Assembly: GCF_018977255.1 (NCBI RefSeq)
Contig: NW_024704742.1
Span: forward strand, 55,244,001-55,308,000
DNA length: 64,000 nt
Reading direction: 5' to 3'
DNA from: Callorhinchus milii
Lineage: Eukaryota
Part shown: positions 12,401 to 27,400 of the stretch, piece by piece
How the letters are laid out: each line of letters starts with the position of its first letter
Position numbering within the stretch: the stretch's first letter is position 1
Made by a program: the position numbers and the translations under genes
Notes under the pieces: generated by a model
What the model was told of the DNA's origin: nothing
What the model saw: the letters and a program-made list of their open reading frames with translations, nothing else
The model's database searches: none

Positions 12401-15400
12401 ATAATAGGATTAATGGCCAAGAGCATGGAATTTCCTCCAAGGTACCATTTCATTGCATAGTCTGTGAAACTTCTAATGCATTAATCGTTTCAAATCTTAC
12501 AGTTAACCCTCTCCTGATCCTTCCTTACTTTGAACATTTTACACTGTTTCTGCCATTAGAGAATGTAAAATTGCATGTTAAAATTAAGAGTGAAAGAGTT
12601 GGGTTGAACTAATTTAATATATAAACACTTGGAATTTAAAGGATGGCAAAAATGTACCAGCTGAAATAAATGTTATATCATTTATTTCAAGTTCTCGTTT
12701 TACACTGAGAATTTGTCAATATTACAGTCTTCACGCACACCCTACTACATCAAGTATGAACACTTGTACATTGTTTATTACTAAAAGAGAAGATGAGGGA
12801 GATGGTCGTGCTGTGTAAACATGGGTACTAAAGTTTTGCAATTGGGATTCTGATTTAAATTGGATTTGAGGTGTGTGAAATTTCCTCTGGAGCCAATCTT
12901 TGTCAAAAAAATTGCTTCTTGGAGAAAAAGAAGATCTGTGTCCATTGCTTAATTTCCCCTGTCCTCAGCATTTTATTACAAACATGTCACACCTCCACCA
13001 ACTAACCTATTCTGCAATTATACATAAAGTGAATTATTGATTCATAACTCATTTTGTTCATATTTGGATCAAATATTGTGCTCTATGTGATATTTATCAC
13101 TTCAATGCATTCCTTTGCCTTTGCCTTTCCCCCTCCCCTTCCCGTGATGTTCTCAATTGTGAAGCCTGAGAAGCTGGCCAGTTAATTTGAGGATTTTTTT
13201 GAGTCAGATTTTCCTAAAAACTGGTATCCTCCGAGCCAGCAAGTGAAGACTGAGCAAGAAGCACAGTCGTTCTCAAACTTCACCATTGAGAAACTTGTGT
13301 AGGGAAGCTATTTCCTTTTCAGTGTGCATTGTATGGACCACAAGTTTTGGCTGTAGTTGATTTCAAGGATGTTTTCCTTTCTTGGCACTTTGACCTCAGA
13401 GATGAGGCTTCAAGTTCATGAAAAAACTACCACTGCAAAGTACTTCTCCTTTGACCATATCTTTGCCTCTAGGGTATTGAGAAAATTGTTTCATCTTGTA
13501 GCAAATCTACATTTACGACACTTGCCCCTTTGTCTGTATTTAATTAACTAATTTAGGTGTCTGACTGAGTGACACTTTGGTCAGCTTTGATGGGTTCTTT
13601 TTCCTTGGAGCTCTTTACTCATAAATTGTGAAAAAGACTTTCTGCATTGAAACTGAAGCTTTAGGAAATCAACCCTTTTATGTAGCACTGAAGAGGTCAC
13701 ATAAGTGACATAACAAATAATGGTAAACATCTTAAAAGGCTTGTGTTTTTAAAAGTATTTCCATAGATAACTGAGTGAGCTATATCTCATGGTTACTTAC
13801 CAGCATTGCTATTTGAGAGGCATAGTAGCCTCCCTATATTCTTGTCTCAAAGTGAGTGTCTGAATTTAATTCAGACTTCAGTTCCAGACTTGTTTCATTT
13901 CCTTCACTGGTAAATCAGAAAATTAATGTTTACTATCAGATCTGTGATCCTTTCTCTTTTGATTCTTCACAGCACTTCAAATCTGAGAGCAAATCAAGGA
14001 TTCTTCTCGTTTATGCCCTATGGTACAGGGGTTGTCGTTAAACATGTTGAACAAAGTAGCTTATTGATTAGTGATTTTTGTTCATTGTTGTGTTGCAGAC
14101 AACCATTTATTTTGTAAGAAATTAAACAATACAGTATTCTGGTACAAAGTTGTGGTTCATTTATTTGCAAATATTTTACAAATTGCATATTACGTTTTTC
14201 GATAAACTGCAGACTGTATTGACTAGTTCATTTATGTTTTTTACAGACAGATGATCAGCGTCATGATGCAAAAGAAGAGTTGGAGAACTTGAAAAAGCAA
14301 CATGAACTTCTGAAAAGAATGTTGCAACAACAAGAGCAACTAAGGGCACTTCAGGGCAGACAGGCAGCACTTCTGGCACTGCAAAACAAAGCCGAGCAGA
14401 CCATAGCTGGAATGGATGAGTCTGGTATGCAGAATCAGATTCCAACGTTTAAGTCATTTGGTTAATAAGCTTTCTATAATGAAAACTGGCAATTATGAGA
14501 GAAAGCCATAAAAGAGGATTTTGTGGTGGGAAATTTACCAAAAACATGCATTTAAAAATGCTCTTTGTGTGGGTACTGTCTTGGAGTGTCTTAACATGTC
14601 GAGGTTGATGTCAAGCCGGGGAGAGTGGGTAGGTGACGATCACAATTGAATACAGTGCTTCATACAGTTCTGTGCCAGCTCCTGAGTTCTTTTGACTGAT
14701 TTAACAATGCACTAAGTTCCCTCTTGATGCAAGATGAAATCTGAAATGTGGGAGACACTGCTGGAATAGTTTGGATGAGGGAAGAGTTATTTATTTAAAC
14801 CAAATAATTTTCTTTATCGAGCCCCAGTTTGGAAATTTAAGCTCCTAGATTAAACTAACACTCCAGTGCATTGCTGGAGAAACTGTTGTTGGAGGTGTTC
14901 TTCAGACAAACCGTTCAACCCATCTCCCTGTTCAAGTGGATGTTAAAGATCCTATGACATTGAGGCACCAATATTTAAGATAAATTGGTCATTCACTTAG
15001 CTGTTTGTGCAGCGTGTGCAAATTAGCTGCTGTATTTGCCTATGAATAAGATCTTGAATACACTTAAAAATTAGTCCCTATATCAAATGCAAGAATAATT
15101 ATTATGTTGTGCTTGGTTTAATAAGAGGATCAATCAATACATTTCAGTCAGTTGTTAACTGCAATATTATTCAAATGCTGCTGGTTGCCAAATTGAAAAA
15201 TGCCAACCTTAGTCACAATTTACTTTTTTGGGGTTGTAGTTACATATGTTGTGGCTAGTAACACTAAGTTTCTTTCAGTTCCGTAATATACCACACCAAC
15301 CTGCATTTATATAACGCCCTTCCCACAGGATAGTGTCACAGTACGCTTAATAGTAGACGGAATTTGACGCTGAGCCAGAGAAAAGGGAAGTGACTAGACA

Positions 15401-18400
15401 CGGTTGAAGAGGGAGAGCTTCAGCTGCAATCTGAAGTCTGGCAAGGAAGGGATAAGACAGAGGGATTGAGACAGAGTTCCAAAGATTTGGGGGAGCAGTG
15501 GCTGAAAGCATAGCTGCTGATGGTGAAGTGGTGGGAATGGGGCAGTTGCAGGCTGGAGCCAGTTGAGCAAAGTGGGCGGGTAGAGGAGTGGGGTTTCAGC
15601 GGGTTGGAGGGGTAGGGAGATGCTGGAGCATTAAGTGATTTGTACATGAATGAGGTTCTTGAAACAAAACTGTTCTGTCATGGAGAGCCAGTGGAGCCTG
15701 GCAAGAACAGGGTATTGGGGGTTTGGAGCCTGGTATGGATGAGAACAGATGCAGCAGAGTTTTCAATCATTAGGATTTTAAGAATGGTAGAGTTGGGGAA
15801 ACCGGCAAGGAGGCCATTGGAAAAATGTATATCAGCAAAAAAATACTGAGGAATTAGTTGGAGGAAAATAACATTTTGATGGAAAAAAATTATTGAACCT
15901 GGAAATTATTTCAGTCAGGTACAGTTTTAAAAAATATTCACTGTTAGACTGAGTAGATTTAGAGAAGTGCTTATTGTCTAGGGGTGACACTGCTCCAGTA
16001 TTATGTAGAGATTTGCTGAACACCCACACCAGTCCAGACAAGACCTTGCCAAACTTAGTACCTTGGTTCCTTAGCTACTGATCCATGATACCCATGGTGC
16101 AGCCATAAATGAAGAAAAATTCAATAAAGAAAAATGTATTTCATTGGCCAACCAAAAAGGTTGGCCCTGCTGCTCTGTTGTGCATATCTTCTTGTTTCTC
16201 ACGTAGATACAAATTAATATTTTTCTTTTTCCAATAGTTGTAACTGAAACAACTGGAAGTGTTTCAGGACTAAGTATAACTTCAGAACTCAATGAAGAGT
16301 TGAATGATTTGATCCAACGGTTTCACAATCAGCTTCGCAACTCACAGGTACAGACATTTTTAACGCAGCTGTCTGGGTATGAATTTGTAACAACTTTCAA
16401 AGTTTGATTTGCAGCATTTTGGATGTTGCTGTATAATACTTCCATTTGATATGGCTCCTAATCACATCAAAACTTCTCAAAGCACCAAAATGCAGTTATA
16501 TAGGAAAATGCTGCTGCTCATTTTCACCATCATTGGCCCACAAACCATGTAGTTTGGTGAGGAAGAAGTATTTGTCAGGAAACTGGAGGAATTTCCTATT
16601 CTTTAAAGCCTAATAATTGCAGCAGAAAGTACTGATCGTAAGGTAACATCTCTGAAGTCGAACATTTATGATAATATAGCATTTCCTCATTATGATACTG
16701 GAGTGTCCTCCTAGACAATGTCCTCCTAGACAATGAATTTAAGTGCTGATTTGGAGCTCAAATCCACAATCCCCTGACCCGGAGGCGGGACTGCTATCAG
16801 TTGACCCAATCCAAATGCATGCTAAACCTTCTATAATATTTCTGGCTGATTGCTGCGCTTTATTCACTTGAGGCTTGAATTCATTTGGGTGTGTTGACAC
16901 CCCATTCCCCTTTACACAGCCTCAAAATCTTTCTGATGGATGGATGTAACAACTGTTTGGCTGTTTTCCAGTATTTCATAGCTTCTCAAAAGCTTGCTCC
17001 AAATTTAGCACAAATATTTGATGTGACTAATTGAAAAATGATCCTATTTACAGGAATGTCCAAGTTCAGTTCTCCCAGAAGCAGAGGTCATTCTGGTTCT
17101 GTTCAGGATTAGCAAAGCTGAAGAGCTCCTTTATGGGGTTGATGGAGGAAACAATTAGGGCCTGATCAAAAATGCGAATAAGTTAGGAATAAATCAAATC
17201 GTTCAAATCGAGATTTAACATCTGTCTGATTTCACTTTTAGCCATCGGAGCTCTCTAATTGTATCTCCTTTTTTGGATATCTCTACCAGAGGGAAGAGTT
17301 GACCACTATCTCACTTGTCACTCCCCCTCATATTAAGCACCTCAGTCTTCTCAAGAGCCTTAACCTCAGATCCTTCCTATTCCTAGAAAATATAGACCAA
17401 GCAAAAAGCATGTGAAGGGTATTGACTAGTTTAATTTCTGCCTCTGTATGTTCTTGTGTTTTCTGTTTAGGGAAAACTTTTCTCTTTACCAATTTGGTTA
17501 TGATTTATCATCAACGGCAAGATAATCAAATTGCTTTTACATCTACTGACTGTGAAAAGCCAGTCGGATCCCTGGAGCGTTTCCTTTATGACTCATCAAT
17601 GCAGCGTATCGGGAGCTCATTTTCATATTTATAATTTCAATTTAATAATGCTATATTTGGATAAACTTTTATGGTTTAAGGAAATTTTATAAAAGCTTTT
17701 CCCAATGGAATTTTCCAAATGTTAACTTTTTTTAGTCGCAGCCCGTCCCTGACAACAGGAGACGAGCGGAATCTCTGTCTTTGACGCAAGAAGTTTCCAG
17801 GAGCAGAGATTCCTTAACTTCAGAACATTTGTCTGAAGAAAAAGCCCAACTGGTCAATAAGCTGAAAGTTTTGCAAGAGAAAAAAGAAAGAATGGATAAA
17901 CTACTGGATGAGTTGCATACACTAAGAGACCAGCATCTTAACAATTCCAGTAAGTGCTTGGACAAAATCTTCAGTGTAGTGGCTTGTATGTCGATATTAG
18001 AATGACATTGCATTTACCTTTCAGCAGGAAAGTGAGGTTGCTGTTGGCTTAAGGCTGAGCTCAAAGCTTAAACAGTTTTTTCTTGTTGTCTTCAGGGGCA
18101 CAATGTAAATGGAGATGTCCAGCCGTTATTGTCAGACTCTTGCAAGCAATGTTGGGTTATGTTAGTAACCACAATGTAGAGGTCTGAGTAGCTGACTTTA
18201 CTGATTATATAATTGTAACTTGATTTTTTTACATCAAAGAGGGAAAATGGGGCTTCGGGAGAGGATCTAAACTTTTGAGGTGGGTAGGAGAGGAGGAAGC
18301 AGAACAGAATAAGGGACAATCGGATGGATTTGAAGTGGAAAGGTTGTGGTTAACAGAACTGACATTAAAGAGGGGGGAAGAAGTCATTTTTGAGATTGAC

Positions 18401-21400
18401 TACAGACTTCCAGTCAATAATGAGTAACTCTGGAGTATCATATTCAAATGAAAATAAAGTGTATAAGGAATCAAATGTAATTGGTAATCTTGACTTCAAT
18501 TTACACGGGATAAATTGGGTGGTCTATACTGCCAGTGAAAATATGTCTATTGTCATATCTATTAACTTAACATTTTTTGATAATGGACTGAATGATATTT
18601 ATACTGGATGTGGGGAAGGACAACCTGAAAGCTTTTTAATAAATATATTCAAGGAAAACAATTGTTAGGCAAATTGTAAAACCTTGAAAGGGGAGTCATG
18701 CTTTAAACCCTTATAGAGGGAGGTACATAGTATCATCAAATTGTACATACTGGGTTTTAGGGTTGTTTCCAGCTTCTTATGACGACCTCATGCCCTGGAA
18801 AATGGTCATTTTGCTTTTTGAGGCACTGATGGGACCAGCGCTAACTTTTTTGGGGCTGAGTAAATGTGTTTCATGCTCATGGGTTTCAATGACGTGCCTT
18901 AAGTCAAATTTTACAGCATCAATTTATGTAAGAGCAAAAGATAAACCTGTGAACTGATGAAGCATTATAGGACGTTCTGAATGAGAACAATGAAGTAGCA
19001 ATAAAAATGTGGAATAATAAGAGGCTATTAGAATGTTTTTATGGAAGGTAGTTGATGTCTGACAAAGTAATAGACTTCTTCAAATAATTGACTTGGTGCA
19101 CAGGGCACCTCAGCAGATATTATAAAGTTAAAATTTAGGAAAACCTGTGGTAAAGTGCTGCTCAGCTAATTGATTGACAAGGAATAGAATGGGGTGGGGG
19201 AGGTAACAAAGTGGATCAGAAATTGTCTGATGAGAGGATGGAAAGAATAGCTATATGTGGAATTCTACCAGTATTAAAGGAGATGGCAAGCAGAGTACTT
19301 AAGGTGTTGTTGTTAGGGCTTCTATTGTTTAGATTATACCTTAGAGCAAGGTGGGTAGCCCACCATTAAAAGTAGATGTGCAAAGTAAACATCCAGTCAT
19401 TATTGAGTTTATTCCAGCGATCCTAAATTTTGGTCGTTGTTCATTTGTTTTCTAGTTCCATCAAGTGGCCCTGTTGCATCTGGCTCATCTCAGAGAAGCA
19501 TCGATCAAAGCACAGCTGCAGCACCAACTGGAACAGTTGCTTTAATCAATAGAGAACCCAACAGCATGGCCTCTTCAGTCTGTGTTTTGGATTCCATAGC
19601 CTCACATCATGAGAGTGACGAGGAGGAAAATCCTAACCCCAGGGAGAAACTGAAGTATGACTTAGAGCATAATTTAGTTAAAACCCATTGAATGCATCAA
19701 AAGTTTTGCAGTTACTATCTCTGGTCAGAATACACTCACTTGTGTTGCTATGGCCCTTCTTATACACAATGAGTTGCAGTGAATAGTTCAATTGAGGACT
19801 CTTCAGTGTAAAATCTATTTATTATGATTTGCTTCCTGATGACAAATCTCACATGGACAAGTATTCCTGTGTGAGAACTGTTTGAATTTACTTTTGTGGT
19901 TTTGTTACATTCAGAATTTATTTCAGGGTAAGTAATGTGGACAACTTCTTAGTTTCTGGTGCTTTCTATCCTTTCCCAGCACCAAAGAAATTGTCCAATT
20001 ATGTCTTCTAGTGCTGCAACTAGAGCTAAACTTTACAATGCTAATACTATTCTGAGAATAACAAATAACCATAAGATTTTATTTCTGCTTCAAAGAGCTC
20101 AACATTCATACAGTATAGATTTAAAACATAATATTTTCTGTTAGGAATCTAGAACTTCAAAACTCATACATTTTAATAACTAGAAGTCCAAGTTATTTTT
20201 GGTGCCTTGTTCCTCTTTCTGATTTCTCTCCTCTTAATAGAATCCAAAAGTCAGGAGCTATTGTTGAATTTGCTCAAGATCTTGGTTTGGCTACTGTTGG
20301 AATATTGTGCACAGTTTTCGTTACCCCATGACAGGAAAATATAAATGCAACAGAAAAGGCAAAGCATAAATTTATGAGCTTGTAACTAATGATGAGGGCC
20401 ATCAAGGATGAGAAGAGATTTTAAGTTTATGGAGATTCATTGAAAAGTTAGGGCTGTTTTCACTGGAGCTGAGAAGGTTAAGATGTGACCTAATGGATGC
20501 CTTTGTGATTATGAAGGGGTATGATAGAGTAAATAGTAAGAGGTTATTTCTATTGGTCGGTGAGTTAAAAACTAGATGACACAAATCATTTTTTTTAAAT
20601 TAAAAGATTCAAAACAATTTCTTTACTCAGAAGGTGGTAAGACAAGCATTATCGACCCAAACTGGAGTAGAAGTAGATTTCATAAGTTGTTTGAAAAGGG
20701 ATTGGATACATTCATGAAGAAGAATATTAAAAGGTAATGGGAGCAAACAGGAGAGTAGGAATGGATTGGTTCATATGGAGAAAATCTCTCAACAAAATTA
20801 CATTTATATCGCGCCTTTCATGTCAGAAGGATGTCACAAAATGCTGGGAAGTAAGTGTTTACAATCAAGCAAGGTGGAGGGCAAAAAAAATTCTTAATAA
20901 TAATAATCAGTCTTGAGAGGCTGAATCATTTCATTCTTCTCTGTCATAAAATGCCTGGCCTCTTCTCAATTGGAGCTAATATTAGCAACTCAGTAGAGTG
21001 GCAGATCACAGGTGCAGATCCACACCCAGTACCTCTGGTGGAGCTTTAGTCTACACAGATGTGCCATCCTACTGAAGTCTAAAAATATGTTGCAGCTGCT
21101 ATCCTAAAATTATATTTGAAATATGCCTTGCATTGCTATCTAAGGTGTTTGCAAGGGAAGAGATGTGAGCAAGGTGATCAAATGAGTATCAGTGACTAGC
21201 AGTATGTCACTGTCTTGAGACTTCAGAGGACCCCTAACTAAAAAGCTTTTATGGCTAAGATCAGTAACAGCCAAAGCAGCTTGCCTTTTGATGAAAGTGG
21301 CTGTGTACAGTCAATTACCTTTTAAAGTTTAAATTATTAAAATGTGTTTATAAGTAATCAATCCATATTTACTTTTGTGTATAGTGTATGAGTGCTCTGC

Positions 21401-24400
21401 ATTGCAGATTTTGAAAAAGAGCAGTAAAATTTGAACAGGTGTGCTTGACAGGTGGAGGCATGGGAATGCAAGCATGGTAAAATGTGTAAACCTAGACCCC
21501 AAATTAACAGTGTACAGGTAAAAATGATGAATTGAGTTCATAAAAATATTAAGTGTTTTGGTTTCTTGTCATTAAAGTGATATTGGCCATTGTACTTAAT
21601 ATTTTACGTGGATCAGAAATTTAAAACTGGTAATTTAGAGGAATTGCAGCATATCTGCGGCATTATGGCAATATCTACAGTTTCTCCACAATTTCAAACG
21701 GGTTCTGCTCACATTGTTATACTTTTTAACAAAAAAAATATTGTAACACGATATCAGGCGTTTGAGAGAGAATAACTTGCAAATCTACCTATCAAACTTC
21801 GTAGTTGTTAAATCAATATTGAGTAAAGAGTTTCCACTCACTAAATTTAAAATAGTTTTTCTTTAATTTGTGATCGAGTCCAATTGCACCATGATGAGTT
21901 ATATAAAAATTATTTACTCAGGAAATTGAAAGAAGTTCACAAACGGCTAAATGAGTTGCGTGAATTGGTTGATTACTACCAGCAGACTTCAGATATGATG
22001 ACTGATGCTGTTAATGAAAACACAAAAGAGGATGAAGATGATGAGACTGAGGAAGAATCTATGTACTACTCCGATCAGGAAAATCCAGAAACTGTTACGA
22101 ACATCAGGTGGGCAAAACTAAAATTGAGTTTGAATCTGATTATTGGATACGTGTTGCTACTCATTCAATTGGTCTACCTTGGAAAAGCAACTTTGATGGG
22201 ACAGAAGAAATGGAGGGACAATCTATTGCTAGCTATTTTGTGATTAAACTTGCTTCACCAGTGAGTTTAATCATAAATAAAATGTGCTGCACGATTAGGT
22301 GTCTTGATTTAAGTTGTTGTAGTATCACCATCATCGTCTCTCTACTGTATCTTGTGATTGAGCTCAGCTCAAATTAACCCAGATGCTCTTGGAGGTTGTG
22401 AATCTGACCAAGAAGAGAAGAGCTTGTGCACACCTACTAAGAATGTTTGATAACAATAATCCTTGCATTTCATATTAGTACCTTTCATGTCAGGAACATG
22501 TCTCAAAGCGCTTTAAAATATACCCTGTAAAGTGTAGTGGCTGGGTATTCTGGAGGCGAATACTACAGCCAATTAGCAATGACCCACAAACAATCGTGAA
22601 GAGTTCATGATTGTTTGTGGGACATTGCTGAAGGGCAAATTGGCTTTATGGGACATTGCCATTGGCCAATGTCACACCAGGTGAAACTCTCCTCAGTTTA
22701 ACCTCTCTGAAGGATGTCACCTCTGGTAATGTAATACATACCCCTGCACTGCATTGGAATCTCAACCTAGACTTGTGAAGCTTCAACATGGGGCTTGAAC
22801 CCTTTCATATCTTGGAGGCAGGAGTGCAGTTGACTGAGCCAGGCTGAAACCTGGCAGTGAAGAATTTGTTGGTCACTATTCTTAAAACTTGTTACAAAAA
22901 GTATCTTCCATTTCTACAAAACAAGTTTTGTAAAGAGTGTTTAGTGGAGCCACACTGTAGACCTAAATTAGAAGGCGGAGCGTTTACATTGCTGCTATAT
23001 CTATCCATGATCTGGTTATTTCTGACCTACTTGGATCATGATCACTCATCGGGCTTTATGATCGAAGCCTCCAAACTGATAAACCAACTATATTGCCACT
23101 AGGATCTATGCCTACTACAGCATAAGCCTTTTTGTGAATTGAAATATTGGAACATGAGAGACATTTGAATTGATCCCCTCAGGTCACTGGATGTATTCTG
23201 TTGGCAGGATTAAAGCCTTCAGTACTTAATATATTTTGATTAGTATTTTTGACTTCATCTTAATTAATTGTAATGATTATGTCAATATGAGCAGTTATTG
23301 AAGACTACATTTTACATTCACATTTTAAGAACTAGTTTAACTTTTTCAGAAACCCACAAAGATGTGATAACTGGTCTGAAACCAATACTGCTTCCAGGTT
23401 GCCAGCAGTTCACGGAACCAATAACCATGATGATCGATTCCTGAACACCGACTGTGAAATCAACAATAGGCCAATAAATGTACGGAGCCTGAATGTCCCA
23501 CCTGCATCAGGTAAACCTCATATAATCTCATCTTGAATGTAACATCAGTGGTTACTGGATGCTGTTTTAACACAAACTAAATAAGTAATTCTGTTGTGAA
23601 AAGGTTTACTTTATTTTTAAAGGGTTCTGAGTAAACTTTCAATGTTGTTCTTGAGCCTTGTTTTTACTGTGATTGTCTATATTGAGTCTTTACTGAATAA
23701 CTTGCATATTGATGTGTTGCAATATTACAAGAATGTTTCTACTAATTATACAGATTCTCACTATAATGATAGTGAAAAAGATGATGACGACGATGAAGAA
23801 GAAGAAGATAGAGATGTTAATGAAGCACAAGAAGAGATTCAAGGGGAACTTGCAAGTGAGGGAACTGTATCAAGTCGGCGAAGTAGTTATGTTGAAGAAA
23901 ATGGACAGGATCTTGAAATTCAACAGAAAATAAACAGACTAAATGCTGCTAAGCAGAAGCTGAGGCAATTGCAGGAACTTGTTGCTATGGTACAGGTAAA
24001 TATCTATTTCAAGTCTGATCTTGTAACTTTTTAAGTTGTTGCTCATCTAGATATATACAAAGTATTGATAATCTGTAAGTGGAAAAGTATTTGTTATTGT
24101 ACTTTTGCCCTGATCGTGTCTAAAGATGAGCATTCTGTATATATTTACAGTTCGTTGAACAGTCATTATAGCTATGATGATTATTTTCCTTCCCTCACAT
24201 CACACACGTGTAGTACTTTTTCAACCGGGATTCTAAATAGTCACCAGGAGGGGATCCCTGGCTGAGACTGATTGTGACACCTAGATTGTTATTTTGTAGG
24301 GACATATTAACAATGCAGGTTGAGGAATGAACCCAGCAACTTTCTGAACTTTGTAAACATCTTGTGAAAACCTCTTGAGATAAAGAATATAATTAAAAGC

Positions 24401-27400
24401 AGGCAGCACAAATTTTTACAACAATTTACATTTATACAGTGCCTTTCGCAGTGGGAGAACTTTCTAAAGCGCTTAAAGGAAGGTCGTGTGTAACCAATCA
24501 TATCAAATTATTTGAAGAACAGATAAAGTAGATAAGGGAATGCAGTGAATGTATAAATAGATTTTCAGAAGACCTTTGATAAGGTGCCACGTTGCTGTTT
24601 GTGGTCAAAATAACTGGCCGGTCGTATAGCTTCTCCTTGCTACCTACATTTTCTCTTTGCAGGAAGCTCCAGATGCTACTGGTGTTAATATCCCTAATGT
24701 ATCTGGGCTTTCCTTAACTGGCGAAGATCAGAATAGTCAGCAACCAAACAACGCTAGAACAAATTCATCTAGAAGTCCAAAAGAAGTGACACTGGATGAA
24801 AAAGATAGGTAAGGGATTATTGCATGCTGGTTGCTTATGCTTGTCAGTCTTTTGAATGGAACTACCAATTTGGTGGTTAGATTTACCATAGAGGAGTAAT
24901 TTGGTGGTGTGGACTTGAACTAAGAATAGCTGGATTGCGAATGATTAAGTTACTAGTCTGTTCTTATTGGCAGGCAGGAAAGCTTAATGTAACTGGACTC
25001 GAATTGAATCTAACTCTTGAGTTCAAAGGAACATGTTTCAAGAAATTGCACAATACAGCCCAGCCCTGTACCTGTGTGAAACAATTCATTATTTTCTTAA
25101 TCGGCCTTGTAGCTCAGTGGTCAGAGTGCTTGCCTTGCAAGCGAGACACCTGGGTTCAATTCCAGGCAGGGCGAAACCTCGGGCAAGTTTCCTTACTCCA
25201 CACACCTAATAATAATTGTTCCAAAACAAAGCAATAATAAATTGGTCATTTTCAATCCACGACTGTTTGTGAGACGCTGCTGTGCGCGATTGGCTGCTGC
25301 GTTTCACCCACAAATATACGGTCAATTCACTTCACAGCATATTCTATGAAGCGTTTTGAGAAGTCTAGAAGACGTAAAAAGCTCCATATCAAATGCAAGG
25401 ATTATTATTGTGTTGGATCTCGTTTCATTATAATTCATTGTGAAATTATTTCTGATGCAAAGATTTCTACAATGTTCATTCTAATTGCAAAATTCTGGTT
25501 ATTTCAATTGATCAAATGAGAATAAATCAACAATCTTAGAACATTTTTATATTTTTAATTGATATACTTCTGGTACAGATGAAATCTCCCCTGTGCTGCA
25601 TCTTTCCTGATTGTCTTGAGGGAATTGCAGCTATCCGTCCATGTCTAAACACTGCACAGTGCAACGCATGGGAATGTTACTGCATTGACACTTGTCTCAA
25701 ATTAGTTAACATACAACTTTTTCTTATTCTAATAATCCCTTTATTGAGGGGCCATCTTATTACTTTGTACAATTCTATGGTGTGACATTGTCCTGGCTCA
25801 GGGTAACTTGAAAATTTTGTATTGAGGTAACTTCTAGAGTTTGTTTCTCAACTGTAAGGGTGTGTTGAATTAAGAATAATTCTTCTCAATATGGATTTGT
25901 TATGTAACAGAGAGAAATTCTATGAAGCTAAACTTCAACAACAGCAGAAAGAACTGAAGCAGTTGCAAGAAGAAAGAAAACGGTTGATGGAGATTCAAGA
26001 GAAGATTCAACAACTGCAGAGATCATGTCCTGACCTACAGGTGGTTGGAAGCTTTAATTAATTTTAAAATGCACTATATTCAGAAGGACATTTTGGTCAC
26101 TATTATATGAGTATGGTAATTTTTTTTTCACCCGACTACATTTAATTATTTTTTCTATATCATTTGATAAAATATTCCATTCTTGACTGCTGTTAAGATG
26201 TGTGCAAAAAAAGGATTTAAATATATGTTCCCTCTCAGGTTAAAAGAATAAAGTAAAATCATGTAAATTGATAATGCCACTAATTATTGGATTTTAGTGT
26301 GTAAGAATGTCATACTTAAACATTATGTAATCATTGGTATGCCAATGATGTGGTCAGATGGTTTCAAAACACATGCATGTTTCTGCTTTATAATAACTTG
26401 GCGGTTGTAATCGCTTTAAAGTATGATGGAGATTGTTGTTATATATGATTGTACACTATGTATGATTGTACTTTTTTAATGTATGCAGTTATCAACATCG
26501 AGTATAGGAAACCTGTCGAAAATAAAAGTGCCGGTGGTTACGTCTACTCCTGCAGCCAATGGACAAGGTGCAACAGCAAAGGCTTTGCCTGATCCAATTG
26601 CTGCACCGCCTCCTGACAATGAGGTAATCTCTAAATTTAAATGTGTTCTTAGATTTTGGTTTGTAAGTTGCATCTGCATTTAGGAGTTAAAATCGGACAC
26701 CTTTTCAGGTATATATCATATTGTAATATTAGATTGCTCTGCTTCTTGAAATGTTGGTACATAGCCTGTTATTGTTATTCTCAAAATGTATGGCCCTGTA
26801 ATTTTGTTTGTACATAATAGCTGTGGTCTGAGATGCGCCGACACCAAATCCTTCGTGAAGAGTTGCGCCAAAGAAGAAAGCAACTTGAAGCCTTGATGGC
26901 TGAGCATCAACGTCAAAAAACACTGACTGAAACCACTTCCATCACTGCCGCATCTATAAAAAGTGATGGGGCGGAAACACAGGGAACTCAGCAACTCAGC
27001 AGGACTGAAAGGTTAGAGGCAAATTTATTTGATTAAGCCTTTAACCTTCGTCACATCCATGTTTCCTAGAATTGTGTTGATTAGACTTGTAACAATTGTT
27101 AATCGTAAGGATGTTTAGATGTTCAGTGTCTCTTGACTAATAGTAACACGTAAAACTTTAAAAACTATTCTATGAATTCTGTTCCTTGCTGTATCTAGAT
27201 AGCTCTTGGAACTATTTATTTTTATTAATTGCTTACAATATAATAGGTCTTTCTAATAAAATGCCCTCAAAATGAGTTGTTCACAAATTGTGCAAATTAG
27301 CTGCCATGTTTGCTTCCAATATACAGTCCCTATACTTTACAGTGATGCATACAGCACATTTTCATTAAATAAAGGTGAGCGCGCTTCTTAATGAGTTAAC

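Noticed and set aside
11595..16735. Short tandem duplications (21 nt near 11595, 15 nt near 16704) as a CRISPR-like array
   Set aside because: They are isolated two-copy slippage events with no spacers, in eukaryotic intron DNA.
25103..25175. tRNA-Ala-like sequence (also near 28617, 45872 and 47596)
   Set aside because: These are SINE heads continuous with SINE body and tail, so they are not called as tRNA genes.
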